Source of the DNA: an uncultured Alphaproteobacteria bacterium
GTDB lineage: Bacteria; Pseudomonadota; Alphaproteobacteria; HIMB59
Assembly: GCA_902592365.1 (NCBI GenBank)
Contig: CACJEH010000001.1
Coordinates: 29,101-93,100 of the forward strand
Direction of reading: 5' to 3'
DNA: 64,000 nt
Under the pieces are notes generated by a model, which was not told the origin of the DNA, ran no database searches, and worked only from the letters and a program-made list of their open reading frames with translations. The translations under genes and the position numbers were made by a program. Below, piece by piece: positions 40,386 to 51,164 of this stretch. Positions within the stretch are counted from its first letter, which is position 1. Each line of letters opens with the position of its first letter.

Positions 40386-41666
40386 TTATTTAAATTCTGG
40401 GTAAGCTTCTGTTGTCAATTCAGCTTTATCAAGACCTGAAGCTTCCGTCTCTTCAGACACTCTTAAGCCAATTGTTCCTTTTAGAATGTAAAAGAAAACG
40501 CCACTTAAAGGCACAACCAATACACCAGCAGCCACGATACCGATCAATTGGACCAAGAAATCTCCACTTCCAAAGATACCTACAGCCAAAGTTCCCCATA
40601 TACCTGCAACTAAGTGAGCAGAAATCGCTCCCACAACATCATCGATTTTCATTTTATCGAGCATCGGGATAGCAATTGTACAAAGGATACCACCAATAGC
40701 ACCAACAATCATAGATAAGAAATGGTTACTTAAATCAGGACCAGCTGTAATTGCAACAAGACCAGCAATGGCACCATTTAACGCAATTGATAAATCAATC
40801 TTCTTATACATAAGCTGCGATAGAATTATTGCTGCTACAACACCGCCGCATGCAGCGATATTGGTATTAACGACCACAATTGACATAGCAGAAGCATCAG
40901 CAGCACTTCCAAGAGCTAGCTGTGACCCACCATTAAATCCAAACCATCCAAACCAAAGGATAAAAGTGCCTAGACAAGCTAAAGGCATATTTGCACCTGC
41001 GATTGGAGTTATTTTTCCATCAGAACCATATTTGCCAGCTCTAGGACCAAGGATTAAACATCCGGTTAAAGCTGCCCATCCACCAACTGAGTGAACAATT
41101 GTCGAACCAGCAAAATCAGAAAAGCCCATTTCAGTTAGCCATCCGCCGCCCCAAGTCCATGAACCATATATTGGGTAAATAATTCCTGTCATAAAAGCAG
41201 CAAATATAATAAATGGCCATACTTTTATTCTTTCAGCACATGCGCCAGATACAATCGAAATAGCTGTTGCACAGAAAACCATTTGGAAAAACCAATCTGA
41301 TGCTAAAGAGTATCCACCCTCTTCTGTAGCAACTGTCAAATCATCAGCTGTATCATAAAACGCACCACTTAGTGAGCCTATCCAACCTGAGACATCTACA
41401 TACATTAAGCTGTAACCTATTAGATAAAACATTATTCCGGCTACTGAATATAAAGCTATATTCTTAAGTAAAATTGCTGATGTGTTTTTTTTACGAACAA
41501 ATCCTGCTTCTAACATGGAAAAACCTAATGCCATGAACATCACTAAGACTCCACTAAAAACAAATAAAAATGTATTGAATACAAAAGCTGTTTCAGCGGA
41601 AACCTCTGCACTTGCAACTCCAGAGAGAAGCAAAGTAGGGATTAAAAAAGTTAATATTTTTTTCAT
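40386..41666 (-). CDS. amtB: Ammonium transporter
   Basis: FQMVFCATA, DFAGSTIVH, WFGWFGFNGGS, DDVVGA..AH. Confidence 0.95.
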   Translation of the reverse strand: MKKILTFLIPTLLLSGVASAEVSAETAFVFNTFLFVFSGVLVMFMALGFSMLEAGFVRKKNTSAILLKNIALYSVAGIMFYLIGYSLMYVDVSGWIGSLSGAFYDTADDLTVATEEGGYSLASDWFFQMVFCATAISIVSGACAERIKVWPFIIFAAFMTGIIYPIYGSWTWGGGWLTEMGFSDFAGSTIVHSVGGWAALTGCLILGPRAGKYGSDGKITPIAGANMPLACLGTFILWFGWFGFNGGSQLALGSAADASAMSIVVVNTNIAACGGVVAAIILSQLMYKKIDLSIALNGAIAGLVAITAGPDLSNHFLSMIVGAIGGILCTIAIPMLDKMKIDDVVGAISAHLVAGIWGTLAVGIFGSGDFLVQLIGIVAAGVLVVPLSGVFFYILKGTIGLRVSEETEASGLDKAELTTEAYPEFK

Positions 41667-41675
41667 ACGATCTCC

Positions 41676-42017
41676 TTATTTAATTGCCTCAGCGCCTCGT
41701 TCTCCTGTACGTATTCGGACAACATCTTGCACCTCAGTTACAAATATTTTACCATCACCAATTTTCCCTGATTTTACTGCTTCAGAAACTGTAGTAATGA
41801 CTTTTTCGACGTCTGCAGAGTCCACTAAAATCTCAGCTCGAGATTTAGGAAGAAAATGTACCTCATATTCTGCGCCTCGGTACAGTTCGGTATGACCCTT
41901 TTGGCGCCCATATCCTTTGGCCTCAACAATAGTTAAACCTTGAATATCGACACCTGTTAGTGCCTGTCTCAAAGCTTCAACCTTGTCGGGCTTGATAATA
42001 GCTGTTATTAGTTTCAT
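41676..42017 (-). CDS. glnK: P-II nitrogen regulatory protein
   Basis: MKLITAIIKP, GYGRQKGHTELYRGAEY, GKIGDGKIF; directly upstream of amtB; GAGG RBS before ATG 42017. Confidence 0.95.
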   Translation of the reverse strand: MKLITAIIKPDKVEALRQALTGVDIQGLTIVEAKGYGRQKGHTELYRGAEYEVHFLPKSRAEILVDSADVEKVITTVSEAVKSGKIGDGKIFVTEVQDVVRIRTGERGAEAIK

Positions 42018-42199
42018 AAATACCTCTCTATATTTTGAGTAATACATGACTTATAGTTACAGATTCACAAAAAAAATAATGCTAAGAAGTTAATTTAACT
42101 ATGCATCCAGTGAATATCTAAAGATAGGGCAATAGAATCAATGTCCATTAGTATTTGAGTCAAAGAAATTATTTGCGCTTCTATTAAAAATCAAAGGGT

Positions 42200-42790
42200 C
42201 TACTTCCAGTCAACTTGAAAAATAGCTTCATTTCTTCGTATATTAGGCATTGTAAAGGGGCCATCATAAGTAGCTTTAATAGCGGGTCCAATTACTTCAA
42301 TATTATCAGTAATTAACTCACTTTTTAAAACATCTCGATGTTTATAAAAATTTTTATCGGAAGCAAAACCAGAATATCTAATTACTGCAAAGTAACCTGG
42401 CTCAATTGAAGAAATTTTTACTGAATTATCTAATGGCAAAGGTATTTCATTCGGTTTGTATTTATCCGGTAAGTAAAATTGCATGACGTACTCATTTTCA
42501 ATTTGAGTAACATTCACAGGTGTGGTCATAGCAATTTTTTCACTTTGTTTATTTTTGCCAGAAATATAATTAAAGAGCTTTCGAAATCCATTATTTTGAT
42601 TAGTGTATTGGGTTTGAACTACTAAGCGCTCCTCATAAAATCTAATTTCATATGAATCTGTCTGATGAACTACTTTATAAGGTGATTCACTATAGGCCAT
42701 TAATTCTTGTACCACGAGTAACATGAATAGAAAGTATTTAATCATTAAAAATTTGAATTTCATTTTTAAAGACTCCCCATAATCTATCAT
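42200..42790 (-). CDS. SOUL heme-binding protein
   Basis: YEIR.Y, GFRKLFNYISG.N, IAMTTPV, MQFYLP, RRNE. Confidence 0.88.
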   Translation of the reverse strand: MIDYGESLKMKFKFLMIKYFLFMLLVVQELMAYSESPYKVVHQTDSYEIRFYEERLVVQTQYTNQNNGFRKLFNYISGKNKQSEKIAMTTPVNVTQIENEYVMQFYLPDKYKPNEIPLPLDNSVKISSIEPGYFAVIRYSGFASDKNFYKHRDVLKSELITDNIEVIGPAIKATYDGPFTMPNIRRNEAIFQVDWK

Positions 42791-43298
42791 CTATAGGTAT
42801 CCATCCTTTGACAGAGGATTTATTGCCCTCAGGTATACTGATTTTTACCATTGTTTCTTTTACCTCTAACAAGTTTACAATTTTTGGTGCTTGTATTACT
42901 CCTTTTTGAATAGTCATCCAAGACTCAGGGTCATAAGATTTCAATGCATAAAGTTCAATATCCTCTAATATAAGCAAAGTTCTTTTTTTAGATAACTGAT
43001 TGTGAGCAATCCAACCTTGTATTCCATTAAATAATTCAATGCGGTACCAATCCGTATAAGAACTCCAACTATTTCTAAACTCTTCAATAATCTTTACAGG
43101 CATATTTTCCTGTGTAAGGAGAAATTTCTCTGTTTGTTTACTCAAATCTTGATTGTCGGGATAATGACGTAACCATGACTTATCATGAGCTAGGGATTTA
43201 TAATATGGAATATGTTTATCAGAATAAGTAGTATATGGGAGCATCAGAAACAAAAGCACTAGCCTGATGATAAATTTTATCTTTGTGAATTTTGCCAA
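42738..43298 (-). CDS. Exported protein with bacterial SH3-like domains
   Basis: Signal peptide; PVKIIEEF..W..I....G..GWI and a C-terminal GWI....LWG. Confidence 0.6.
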   Translation of the reverse strand: MAKFTKIKFIIRLVLLFLMLPYTTYSDKHIPYYKSLAHDKSWLRHYPDNQDLSKQTEKFLLTQENMPVKIIEEFRNSWSSYTDWYRIELFNGIQGWIAHNQLSKKRTLLILEDIELYALKSYDPESWMTIQKGVIQAPKIVNLLEVKETMVKISIPEGNKSSVKGWIPIDDRLWGVFKNEIQIFND

Positions 43299-44935
43299 TT
43301 TGGATGGGTATAAGGTTGTAGATTTGATGGTGCTAAAAGAGGTTTTCCTAAGATATGATCTGAGGCTTTCTCACCAGTCATTATTGATGGTGCATTAAGG
43401 TTACCATTACATATTTGAGGAAAAATTGATGAATCTGCAAGGTATAAATTTGAAAAACCTTTTACTTTACAATCGTTTAGAACGACAGAAGAGGGATCAT
43501 CTTCTTTTCCAATCTTGCAGGTACCACATGGATGGTAAGCACTTTCACAATTATTTTTTATAAATTCGTCAAGAGCTTCATCCGAAACAACGTCATCACC
43601 AGGTTGAATTTCATCTCCTTTAAAAGGAACTAGGGCCTCTTGGTTCAATATCTCTCTGCTAAGTCTAAGTGATTTTCTAAAGTTTGGAAAATCATCCTCA
43701 TGAGACATGTAATTGAATTTTATAGTTGGTGAGTCAAATGGGTTGCTAGATTTTAATTTTACAAAACCTCTTGATTTTGAACGCATTGGCCCTACATGCA
43801 ATTGAAAACCATGACCCTCGCTAGGTGCTTTTCCGTCATATCTAATAGCGACTGGAAGAAAATGAAATTGTATATCTGGATATGGTATGTTTTTATCAGA
43901 ACGAATAAAACCAAGAGTTTCAAATTGGTTTGTTGCACCTGGCCCACTTTTAAAAAACATCCATTGCATGCCGATAAGTAATTTAGAAAAAGGATTTAAA
44001 TATTTATTAAGCGTTACTGGTTGTAAACATTTAACTTGAAAATAAACTTCTAAATGGTCTTGTAAGTTTTTACCAACACCTGGTAAATTTTTAATAACCT
44101 TAATCCCCAAACTATTTAAATCATTGCCCTCTCCAATACCCGATCTTTGAAGAATTGTTGGACTATTGATAGCGCCAGCTGATAAAACAACACCAATATT
44201 TGCACTAAAGGTTTTTTTTTGGCCCTGATGAAATACTTCAACTCCATTAGCTTTGTCTTCATGAAAAATTATTTTATCTACTAGGACCTTTGTTATAAGT
44301 TGTACATTTTTTTTTGCTAACGCAGGCTTTAAATAAGCTTTTGCTGTTGAAAAACGTGAGCCTTTCCAAACAGTCATATCAGCTGGTCCAAAACCCTCCT
44401 GTCGAAAGCCATTGTAGTCATCAGTGTAGGTGTATCCCGCCTGCTCGGTAGCTTTTACAAAAGCATTATGTAATGGGTTATCTCTTTTGCCATGAGTTAT
44501 ATTTAAAGGACCTGATTTTCCTCTAAACTCTGAATTGCCTCCATGGCTTGCTTCCATTCTTTGAAAATATGGAAGGACATCGGGATAATCCCAACCTTTT
44601 GCACCACTTTCTGCCCATTGATTATAATCACCAGCATTACCCCTAACATAAATCATTCCGTTAATTGACGAAGACCCTCCTATAACTTTACCTCTAGGGC
44701 AAACGAGAGACCTACCATTTAAAGAAGGCTCGGGTTCTGCTTTATAGCCCCAATCGAATTTATTCATATTCATTGGGTATGAGAGTGCTGCAGGCATTTG
44801 TATAAAAGGACTATTGTCATTGCCGCCAAATTCTAATACTAGAATTTTTAATTGAGGGTTTTCCCCAAGTCTGTATGCAATTGTAGATCCTGCTGATCCA
44901 GAACCAATTACGATATAATCAGGTTTTTCAAACAT
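43277..44935 (-). CDS. betA: Choline dehydrogenase
   Basis: GSGSAG, IQMPAAL, GGSSSINGM, NLQDHLE, ESAYHPCGT, NGNLNAPSIM. Confidence 0.93.
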   Translation of the reverse strand: MFEKPDYIVIGSGSAGSTIAYRLGENPQLKILVLEFGGNDNSPFIQMPAALSYPMNMNKFDWGYKAEPEPSLNGRSLVCPRGKVIGGSSSINGMIYVRGNAGDYNQWAESGAKGWDYPDVLPYFQRMEASHGGNSEFRGKSGPLNITHGKRDNPLHNAFVKATEQAGYTYTDDYNGFRQEGFGPADMTVWKGSRFSTAKAYLKPALAKKNVQLITKVLVDKIIFHEDKANGVEVFHQGQKKTFSANIGVVLSAGAINSPTILQRSGIGEGNDLNSLGIKVIKNLPGVGKNLQDHLEVYFQVKCLQPVTLNKYLNPFSKLLIGMQWMFFKSGPGATNQFETLGFIRSDKNIPYPDIQFHFLPVAIRYDGKAPSEGHGFQLHVGPMRSKSRGFVKLKSSNPFDSPTIKFNYMSHEDDFPNFRKSLRLSREILNQEALVPFKGDEIQPGDDVVSDEALDEFIKNNCESAYHPCGTCKIGKEDDPSSVVLNDCKVKGFSNLYLADSSIFPQICNGNLNAPSIMTGEKASDHILGKPLLAPSNLQPYTHPNWQNSQR

Positions 44936-44943
44936 AGATTAGT

Positions 44944-46377
44944 TCAATTTCTTCCTCTACTACCATGTTTTAAATAAACATTTTTTGCAAGTATTTTATG
45001 TTCTTGTGATTTGCGAATATCAAAAATTTTTTTTCTAGCATACTGAGCAGTTTCTTTAACATTAATTATTTCTTTTTGAAACTCATTATCGAACAAATTT
45101 ACGTTCAAACTTTTTTTTGGGGGATTATGAAAAAAAGCAGGTGGGAAATTTTTTACTTCAGGAATTTGTGACTTAATAAATTTACCGAGAGGATCTTGAT
45201 CCATAGCTTGCTTATAAGGATTATACATTCTAATAGTATTGATACCAGTTGTACCTGATTGCATTTGTATTTGACTGTAATGAATTCCAGGTTCAAAGTC
45301 TGTAAACAATGCTGCCAAGCGTGGAGCAAAGTATCTCCAATCAAGCCATAAGTTATAAGAAGCAAATGAAGCTAACATTGCTCTCATTCTAAAATTGATC
45401 CATCCATGATTTCTTAAATAAATCATACATGCATCAATAAAATGAACTCCGGTCTTACCTTCAATCCAAGCCTCTAATTTCTCTTCATCTTTATCACGTA
45501 TTTGATCATACACAGGAATAAAGCTTGCATGTTCAATTGATGGCTGATCTTCTAATTTTTGAATAAAATGTGATCTCCAATGTAACCTAGATAAAAATGA
45601 ATTTATAGATTTAGCAAAATTTTTATTGGTATGCTTTATTAGATCTCTTTTTTTTGTAGCCTCTTGAAAAACTGCGCGGTGTGAAATTGTACCGTATGTC
45701 AAATGAGTTGATAATCTTGAGCAGCTTTTTTCAGCAGTTATTGGGCTAGACATCTCAAATTGATAATTTTCACCTCTTTTATTCAAGAAAGACTGAAGTA
45801 ATTTATCTGCTTCGACAGATCCACCCTTTTGCCTATATGGACATGGTGTTGAGTCATAAAAAAATTTTGGTAATTCATGGTTTGTTAATTCTAAATTAAC
45901 TGATTGTTTTATGACGGGCAAATTAGACTTTTTAATAATCTCGTTTCTAAAATTTTTTGCCCATTGGTTTCTATCATGTTGTCCTCTTTTAACTCCTGGG
46001 TAAGAACACTCAATCCAATCAATTTTATTTTGAAAAAAAAATTTTTTTAATTTTTTATCTCTTTGGTAAGTCCATTGAATGCCTGTTTCTTGTTCGCTAA
46101 TTACGCTTGAAAAGCTATATTTATCTTTTAAAAACTTGAATATTTCAATCGCGTCACCAAAAAAGATATTTAAATATAAATTATTTTTTAATAATTGTCG
46201 TTTAAGCTCATTTACACTCTCTAATGTAAATTGCCATTGCCTTAAAGACATATCTTTTTGCTTCCACAGCTCGGGTTCTATAATGTAAATTAATATAGAT
46301 CTTTTATTTTCATCAATAAGAATTTCATTGTCTTTAAATCTTAAATTCTTCTTAAACCAGACGATCCTATTTGACAT
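44944..46377 (-). CDS. Photolyase/cryptochrome family protein
   Basis: WFKKNLR..DN, SRLS.HL.YG, G.TG..FIDACM, NFRMRAM, DFEPGIH. Confidence 0.88.
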   Translation of the reverse strand: MSNRIVWFKKNLRFKDNEILIDENKRSILIYIIEPELWKQKDMSLRQWQFTLESVNELKRQLLKNNLYLNIFFGDAIEIFKFLKDKYSFSSVISEQETGIQWTYQRDKKLKKFFFQNKIDWIECSYPGVKRGQHDRNQWAKNFRNEIIKKSNLPVIKQSVNLELTNHELPKFFYDSTPCPYRQKGGSVEADKLLQSFLNKRGENYQFEMSSPITAEKSCSRLSTHLTYGTISHRAVFQEATKKRDLIKHTNKNFAKSINSFLSRLHWRSHFIQKLEDQPSIEHASFIPVYDQIRDKDEEKLEAWIEGKTGVHFIDACMIYLRNHGWINFRMRAMLASFASYNLWLDWRYFAPRLAALFTDFEPGIHYSQIQMQSGTTGINTIRMYNPYKQAMDQDPLGKFIKSQIPEVKNFPPAFFHNPPKKSLNVNLFDNEFQKEIINVKETAQYARKKIFDIRKSQEHKILAKNVYLKHGSRGRN

Positions 46378-46383
46378 CTGTTA

Positions 46384-47145
46384 CTAGTCTTTAATTTTGA
46401 AGCCTTTTGAAAAAATATAAATAATTGCAGAAATATTTAGAATTAAAAAAGTAAATATCATAATCAAACTTGTTGTAATACTTACATCAGCCATTTCATA
46501 AAAACTCCACCGAAAACCACTTACTAAGTAAAGAACTGGATTTACCAAGGAAACGTTCTGCCAAAACTCTGGTAACCAGTTGATTGAATATAGTGAGCCA
46601 CCAAGAAATACAAGTGGAGATAAAATTAGTGTAGGAAATATTGATAGCTCCTCCCAATTTGATGACAACATCCCTATGAGAAAACCAAGTAAGCTAAAAG
46701 TTAAAGATGTTAAGACGAGCATTAAAATCATTGTAAAAGGATGCATAATATATATTTCCACAAAAAATAACCCTGTTGCTAATATTAAGCTTCCTAAAAT
46801 TATTGATTTTGTAGTTGCAGCACCAACAAAACCAATAACAATCTCTGTTGTTGATAGTGGGGCAGCATATATTTCATTTATAGTTCCAAGAAACTTTGGA
46901 AAAAAAATACCTGAGGAAGCGTTTGAAACACTTTGTGTAAGTAAAGCTAACATTATCATACCAGGCACTATGAAAGAACCATAAGAGATATCTTCTATCA
47001 CAGGGATGCGACTCCCTATTGCAGCACCGAAGACAACAAAATAAAGAGAGGATGATATAACAGGAGAAAATATACTTTGAACAGTTGTTCTTCTCATTCG
47101 ATCCATCTCATGCAAATAAATTGCCATTATGCCTGTCCAGTTCAT
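46384..47145 (-). CDS. ABC-2 type transporter permease (YadH-like)
   Basis: LYFVVFG..IG.RI, FIVPG, FLGG..YS, NP.LYL.SGFR. Confidence 0.85.
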   Translation of the reverse strand: MNWTGIMAIYLHEMDRMRRTTVQSIFSPVISSSLYFVVFGAAIGSRIPVIEDISYGSFIVPGMIMLALLTQSVSNASSGIFFPKFLGTINEIYAAPLSTTEIVIGFVGAATTKSIILGSLILATGLFFVEIYIMHPFTMILMLVLTSLTFSLLGFLIGMLSSNWEELSIFPTLILSPLVFLGGSLYSINWLPEFWQNVSLVNPVLYLVSGFRWSFYEMADVSITTSLIMIFTFLILNISAIIYIFSKGFKIKD

Positions 47146-48071
47146 ACACTCTCCTCCAAAAGTTTTTCAAATATCGTCTCTAGAGATGTCTGGGAGGAAT
47201 TTAAATCTTTTAATTTTAGACCTGCCGACTTTATGTCTTGAAGAAGTGCTGTGATACCAGTCGAAGATCCGTGGGAGTCATATGAATATGTTAAAGAGTT
47301 ATTACTATTCATTTTTAAGTTGTACGACTCTAAAGTAGATGGGATTTGACTAAAAGGCTCTTGAAATTCTATAGTTAAATTCTTTTGGCCCATTTTTCTC
47401 ATTAAATCATTCTTATTATCAGTAATTATGATTTCGCCGTTATTGATTACAGATACTCGATCAGAAATAGCCTCAGCTTCTTCAATATAATGAGTTGTAA
47501 GGATGATTGTCACACCATTTTCTTTGAGTTCTTTCACTGCTCTCCACATATCTCTTCGCAAATTAATATCAACACCTGCAGTAGGCTCGTCTAGAAAAAG
47601 TATTTTTGGTTCATGACTCAATGCTTTTGCAATTAATGCTCTTTTCTTCATACCTCCAGAAAGCTCACGAAGCTTACTATCCTTTTTATCCCAAAGACTA
47701 AGATCTTTAAGAATTTTTTCTATGTACGCAGGATCTTTTTTCTTACCATATAGGCCTCTGGTGTAAGAGACATTTTGAAAAACTTTTTCAAAGGCTTCTA
47801 AATGGAGTTCTTGGGGCACAAGACCAATCATCGATCGAGTTTTTCGGTAATCTTTAACAACATCAGATCCATCAACTGAAATGGTTCCTGATGTAGGTAA
47901 GACTATTCCACATATGGCATTAATAAGTGTTGTTTTCCCAGCACCATTTGGGCCAAGAAGTGCAAGAATTTCACCTCTTTGAATTTCTAAATTAACTCCT
48001 TTAAGAGCTTCTAAACCACCTTGAAAAGTTTTTTTTAGATTATCGATTTTAATTAAGATATCTGCTGACAT
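47142..48071 (-). CDS. ABC transporter ATP-binding protein (YadG-like)
   Basis: GPNGAGKTT, LSGGMKKR, DEPTAGVD. Confidence 0.9.
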   Translation of the reverse strand: MSADILIKIDNLKKTFQGGLEALKGVNLEIQRGEILALLGPNGAGKTTLINAICGIVLPTSGTISVDGSDVVKDYRKTRSMIGLVPQELHLEAFEKVFQNVSYTRGLYGKKKDPAYIEKILKDLSLWDKKDSKLRELSGGMKKRALIAKALSHEPKILFLDEPTAGVDINLRRDMWRAVKELKENGVTIILTTHYIEEAEAISDRVSVINNGEIIITDNKNDLMRKMGQKNLTIEFQEPFSQIPSTLESYNLKMNSNNSLTYSYDSHGSSTGITALLQDIKSAGLKLKDLNSSQTSLETIFEKLLEESV

Positions 48072-48108
48072 AATTAGATTGCGTACAGTATATTATAAGC
48101 AAATAACA

Positions 48109-49008
48109 TCAAGATAGTTTATCAGTAATCTTATTTTTTTTACTTTTTTCAATCAAGTATGTGCTAATTAAAACAGCAATAAGGGCAACAATAATTTTAT
48201 AAGTTATTTTTTCATTTAAAAAAAGATATCCAAATATCAAACCAAAAATTGGAATGATGTAGGCAACTTGTGATTGAAAAACTAAGCCATTATTTTTAAG
48301 AATATAAAATCTCATTAACCAAGCTATCGCGGTCGCAACGATACCAAGATACAAAAGAGAAATTGTAGCATTAAGAGACGGTCTCAATTCTGTTGGATTT
48401 TCAAAAATGAACATAATTGGTAATAAAAGAATAACTGCCCAAATTAAAATACTTGATGTAAGTACTTCATTTTTAATATGTTTTAGTTTGAGTGAAAATA
48501 GTCCACCTATGGTGTAACAAACTGGACCCAAGATTACCATAAATGCATAAAAGATATTTGACTGATTAATTAGAATATTATCTGAAAATAAATAAACGAT
48601 ACCAAGAAAGCCTATTAATATTCCAACAAATTTTAAAAGATTAATTTTTTCATTTTGAATAAATAAATGTCCTAAGATTGTTGCTGCAATGGGTGCCGTG
48701 GACATCAAGATTGCTGCTAGATTACTCTGAACTTTTAATATACCGAATGAAATAAAAAAAAAGGGGAGAACTAAATTCACAAATCCTATAGTTGCGTACC
48801 ATAACCAATTTTCTCCAAATGCTTCAATTGAAATTTTTCTTATCCAACAGTAAATAAGCATTACTATTGCAGCAAAAAAAATTCTACCAAAGGCAAGTGC
48901 CATTGGTGTATAACTTTCTGAAGCAATTTTGATGTTAAAGAACGCACTTCCCCATATACCAGCTAATAAAAATAAAAGTAAAAAATCTTTAAAGGATGCT
49001 TTGTGCAT
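48109..49008 (-). CDS. DMT/EamA family transporter
   Basis: IWGSAF..IK; about 10 TM helices. Confidence 0.85.
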   Translation of the reverse strand: MHKASFKDFLLLFLLAGIWGSAFFNIKIASESYTPMALAFGRIFFAAIVMLIYCWIRKISIEAFGENWLWYATIGFVNLVLPFFFISFGILKVQSNLAAILMSTAPIAATILGHLFIQNEKINLLKFVGILIGFLGIVYLFSDNILINQSNIFYAFMVILGPVCYTIGGLFSLKLKHIKNEVLTSSILIWAVILLLPIMFIFENPTELRPSLNATISLLYLGIVATAIAWLMRFYILKNNGLVFQSQVAYIIPIFGLIFGYLFLNEKITYKIIVALIAVLISTYLIEKSKKNKITDKLS

Positions 49009-49691
49009 TATATGAGAGTAAACTGAACACGTTTATTCATTTTTCCTTTACTCTCATACTTCATAAATTTAAATTCGCCAATTTCATTTGTATTAGCCAC
49101 GTGAGTTCCCCCACACGGTTGTAAATCAATATCTCCTATTTTAACAAGGCGAATTTTATCATTTGTTCTTGGCGGCTTAACTGACAAGGTTCGCACTAGC
49201 TCAGGTTTTTGATCTAGCTCATCATTTGTTATCCACTGATAAGAAATAGAATGAGATTGTTGAATAAATTCATTAATGATTTTATTTAAAGTTTCAAATT
49301 CAAAAGTTTCTTCACCTAAATCAAAGTCAATCCTACTTTTTTCTAAACCAATTGATCCTCCTGTAACATAATAAGGTAGTGCTGCACACATTAAGTGCAT
49401 CGTGGTGTGCATTTTCATTAAGCGATATCGATGATCCCAATCAATATGGCCTTTTATTTGCCCAGATAGATTTAGATTTTCTGAGTCAACAACATGGGCA
49501 ATACCTAACTCATGTTTAACTGTGTTGATAACATTGAATTTTTTATCATTAATTTCAAGTACTCCCTTATCTCCGGGTTGCCCACCACTTTGAGCATAAA
49601 AAGAACTATCTTGAGTAATTATTTTGTCACCCTCGACTAATAAAATTTTTTCTTCAAAACTCTTTGTATAACTATCTTTGAGATAAATCAT
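49008..49691 (-). CDS. AlaX-type alanyl-tRNA editing protein
   Basis: FYAQSGGQPGD, HTTMH (HxxxH) and CGGTH zinc ligands. Confidence 0.9.
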   Translation of the reverse strand: MIYLKDSYTKSFEEKILLVEGDKIITQDSSFYAQSGGQPGDKGVLEINDKKFNVINTVKHELGIAHVVDSENLNLSGQIKGHIDWDHRYRLMKMHTTMHLMCAALPYYVTGGSIGLEKSRIDFDLGEETFEFETLNKIINEFIQQSHSISYQWITNDELDQKPELVRTLSVKPPRTNDKIRLVKIGDIDLQPCGGTHVANTNEIGEFKFMKYESKGKMNKRVQFTLI

Positions 49692-49861
49692 TTTTTTGCT
49701 TTCTCTATCATAAAATCAACACAAGACTCAATACCTCCTTGAGTGTTGCTTTGTTTTTCACATTCCTCATAGTATTCATGGTATTCAAATGTCGAAGTAA
49801 TATATAGGCCCAAACCTATAATGCCAAAGACTGCAATACTATATAATATTTTTTTACCCAT
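49688..49861 (-). CDS. 57-aa membrane-anchored small protein with two Cys
   Basis: MGKKILYSIAVFGIIGLGLYITSTFEYHEYYEECEKQSNTQGGIESCVDFMIEKAKK; starts 1 nt after the helicase stop; ATGA overlap with the AlaX gene. Confidence 0.7.
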   Translation of the reverse strand: MGKKILYSIAVFGIIGLGLYITSTFEYHEYYEECEKQSNTQGGIESCVDFMIEKAKK

Positions 49862-49862
49862 C

Positions 49863-51164
49863 TTAAATTAATCTGTCTTGGAAACCTATCAATTGATTGT
49901 TAACAATGATATCTGATTTTTTAATAGGTCTAAGCAGTTCTATACCTTCTAAGCTTATACATCTACTTAGTGCAACATAAAGTTGTCCTGGGGCAAAAGA
50001 GCCCTGACTCATATCTATAATTACTCTTTCAAATGTTTGTCCTTGACTTTTATGAATTGTGATTGCCCAAGCCAATCTCATTGGATACTGTTTGAAAGAT
50101 CCTGTTATTTCCTCTTGAACTTCTTGTTGATCATCATCATATGTATATTGAATACGATCCCATTTTTCTTTTTTAACCTCATATATTTTATTATTGATTT
50201 TTACTTTTATTTTTTTTTGAGCGATATCATGAATTATACCAATAGATCCATTAACCCACCTTTTTTCAGGATCATTTTTAATCATAATTACTTGAGCTCC
50301 TTTTTTTAATTTTAAGATTTCATCAGTGGGAAATAATTCTTTATAAAATTGACCAGTAGCTTGTCCCCTGTAAGAAAACTCCTCCTGATTTAACTGGCTT
50401 AAATATTTTTGATTAATGCTACTCGCTCGAGCATTAGTTGTAGTAAGTATGATTTTACCTTCATCCATCTCAATGTGATCAGTTAAAGAGTCGTTTATAT
50501 TCTCAATCTGCGTGTGAGTAATTGAGCCATCTCTAACAGAGTTAAGCAAATGAATAAAATGGTCGTCTTTTTGACGATAAATATTATGTAATTCAAGCGT
50601 TTTAAATTGGGCATCCTGGAAAATATTTGAATGAAAGAAGAAATGACCTTTAGGATAAATGCGCTGTAGAAGTCCTGACTCATCCATATTCACAACTGGT
50701 GGTAGTTGAAATAAATCCCCAAAAACAATTAACTGAACTCCGCCAAATGGTTGTGTAAGTTTTTTTCTGTGAACACGAAGGCTATAATCGATCGCATCAA
50801 AAACATCAGCACGAACCATAGATATCTCATCAATAATTAATGTTTCCAAATTTTGAAGAATTTCGATTTGTCTTACTTTTTTTATATGTCGTGTTTGAAT
50901 AACTTTAGGTGGAAAACCAAAAAATGAATGAATAGTTTGTCCTTTAACTCGAATTGCCGCAACTCCTGTTGGAGCAAGAACAACTGTATTCTTCTTTGTT
51001 ATAGATCGAAAGTAAGCCAATAGTGTAGACTTACCACTACCTGCTTTACCAGTAATATAAAAATGATCTTTTGTGCTTTCTAGTTGCTGAATAATATTTT
51101 CAAATTCTTCACTGAGCTCAAAATCCTCAGGTAGTAAACTATTATAATTTCGCTTATAGCTCAT
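49863..51164 (-). CDS. Pif1-family (SF1B) DNA helicase
   Basis: GKAGSGKS, APTGVAA, TIHSFF, DEISMV, GDLFQLPPV, LAWAITIHKSQG, YVALSR. Confidence 0.9.
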   Translation of the reverse strand: MSYKRNYNSLLPEDFELSEEFENIIQQLESTKDHFYITGKAGSGKSTLLAYFRSITKKNTVVLAPTGVAAIRVKGQTIHSFFGFPPKVIQTRHIKKVRQIEILQNLETLIIDEISMVRADVFDAIDYSLRVHRKKLTQPFGGVQLIVFGDLFQLPPVVNMDESGLLQRIYPKGHFFFHSNIFQDAQFKTLELHNIYRQKDDHFIHLLNSVRDGSITHTQIENINDSLTDHIEMDEGKIILTTTNARASSINQKYLSQLNQEEFSYRGQATGQFYKELFPTDEILKLKKGAQVIMIKNDPEKRWVNGSIGIIHDIAQKKIKVKINNKIYEVKKEKWDRIQYTYDDDQQEVQEEITGSFKQYPMRLAWAITIHKSQGQTFERVIIDMSQGSFAPGQLYVALSRCISLEGIELLRPIKKSDIIVNNQLIGFQDRLI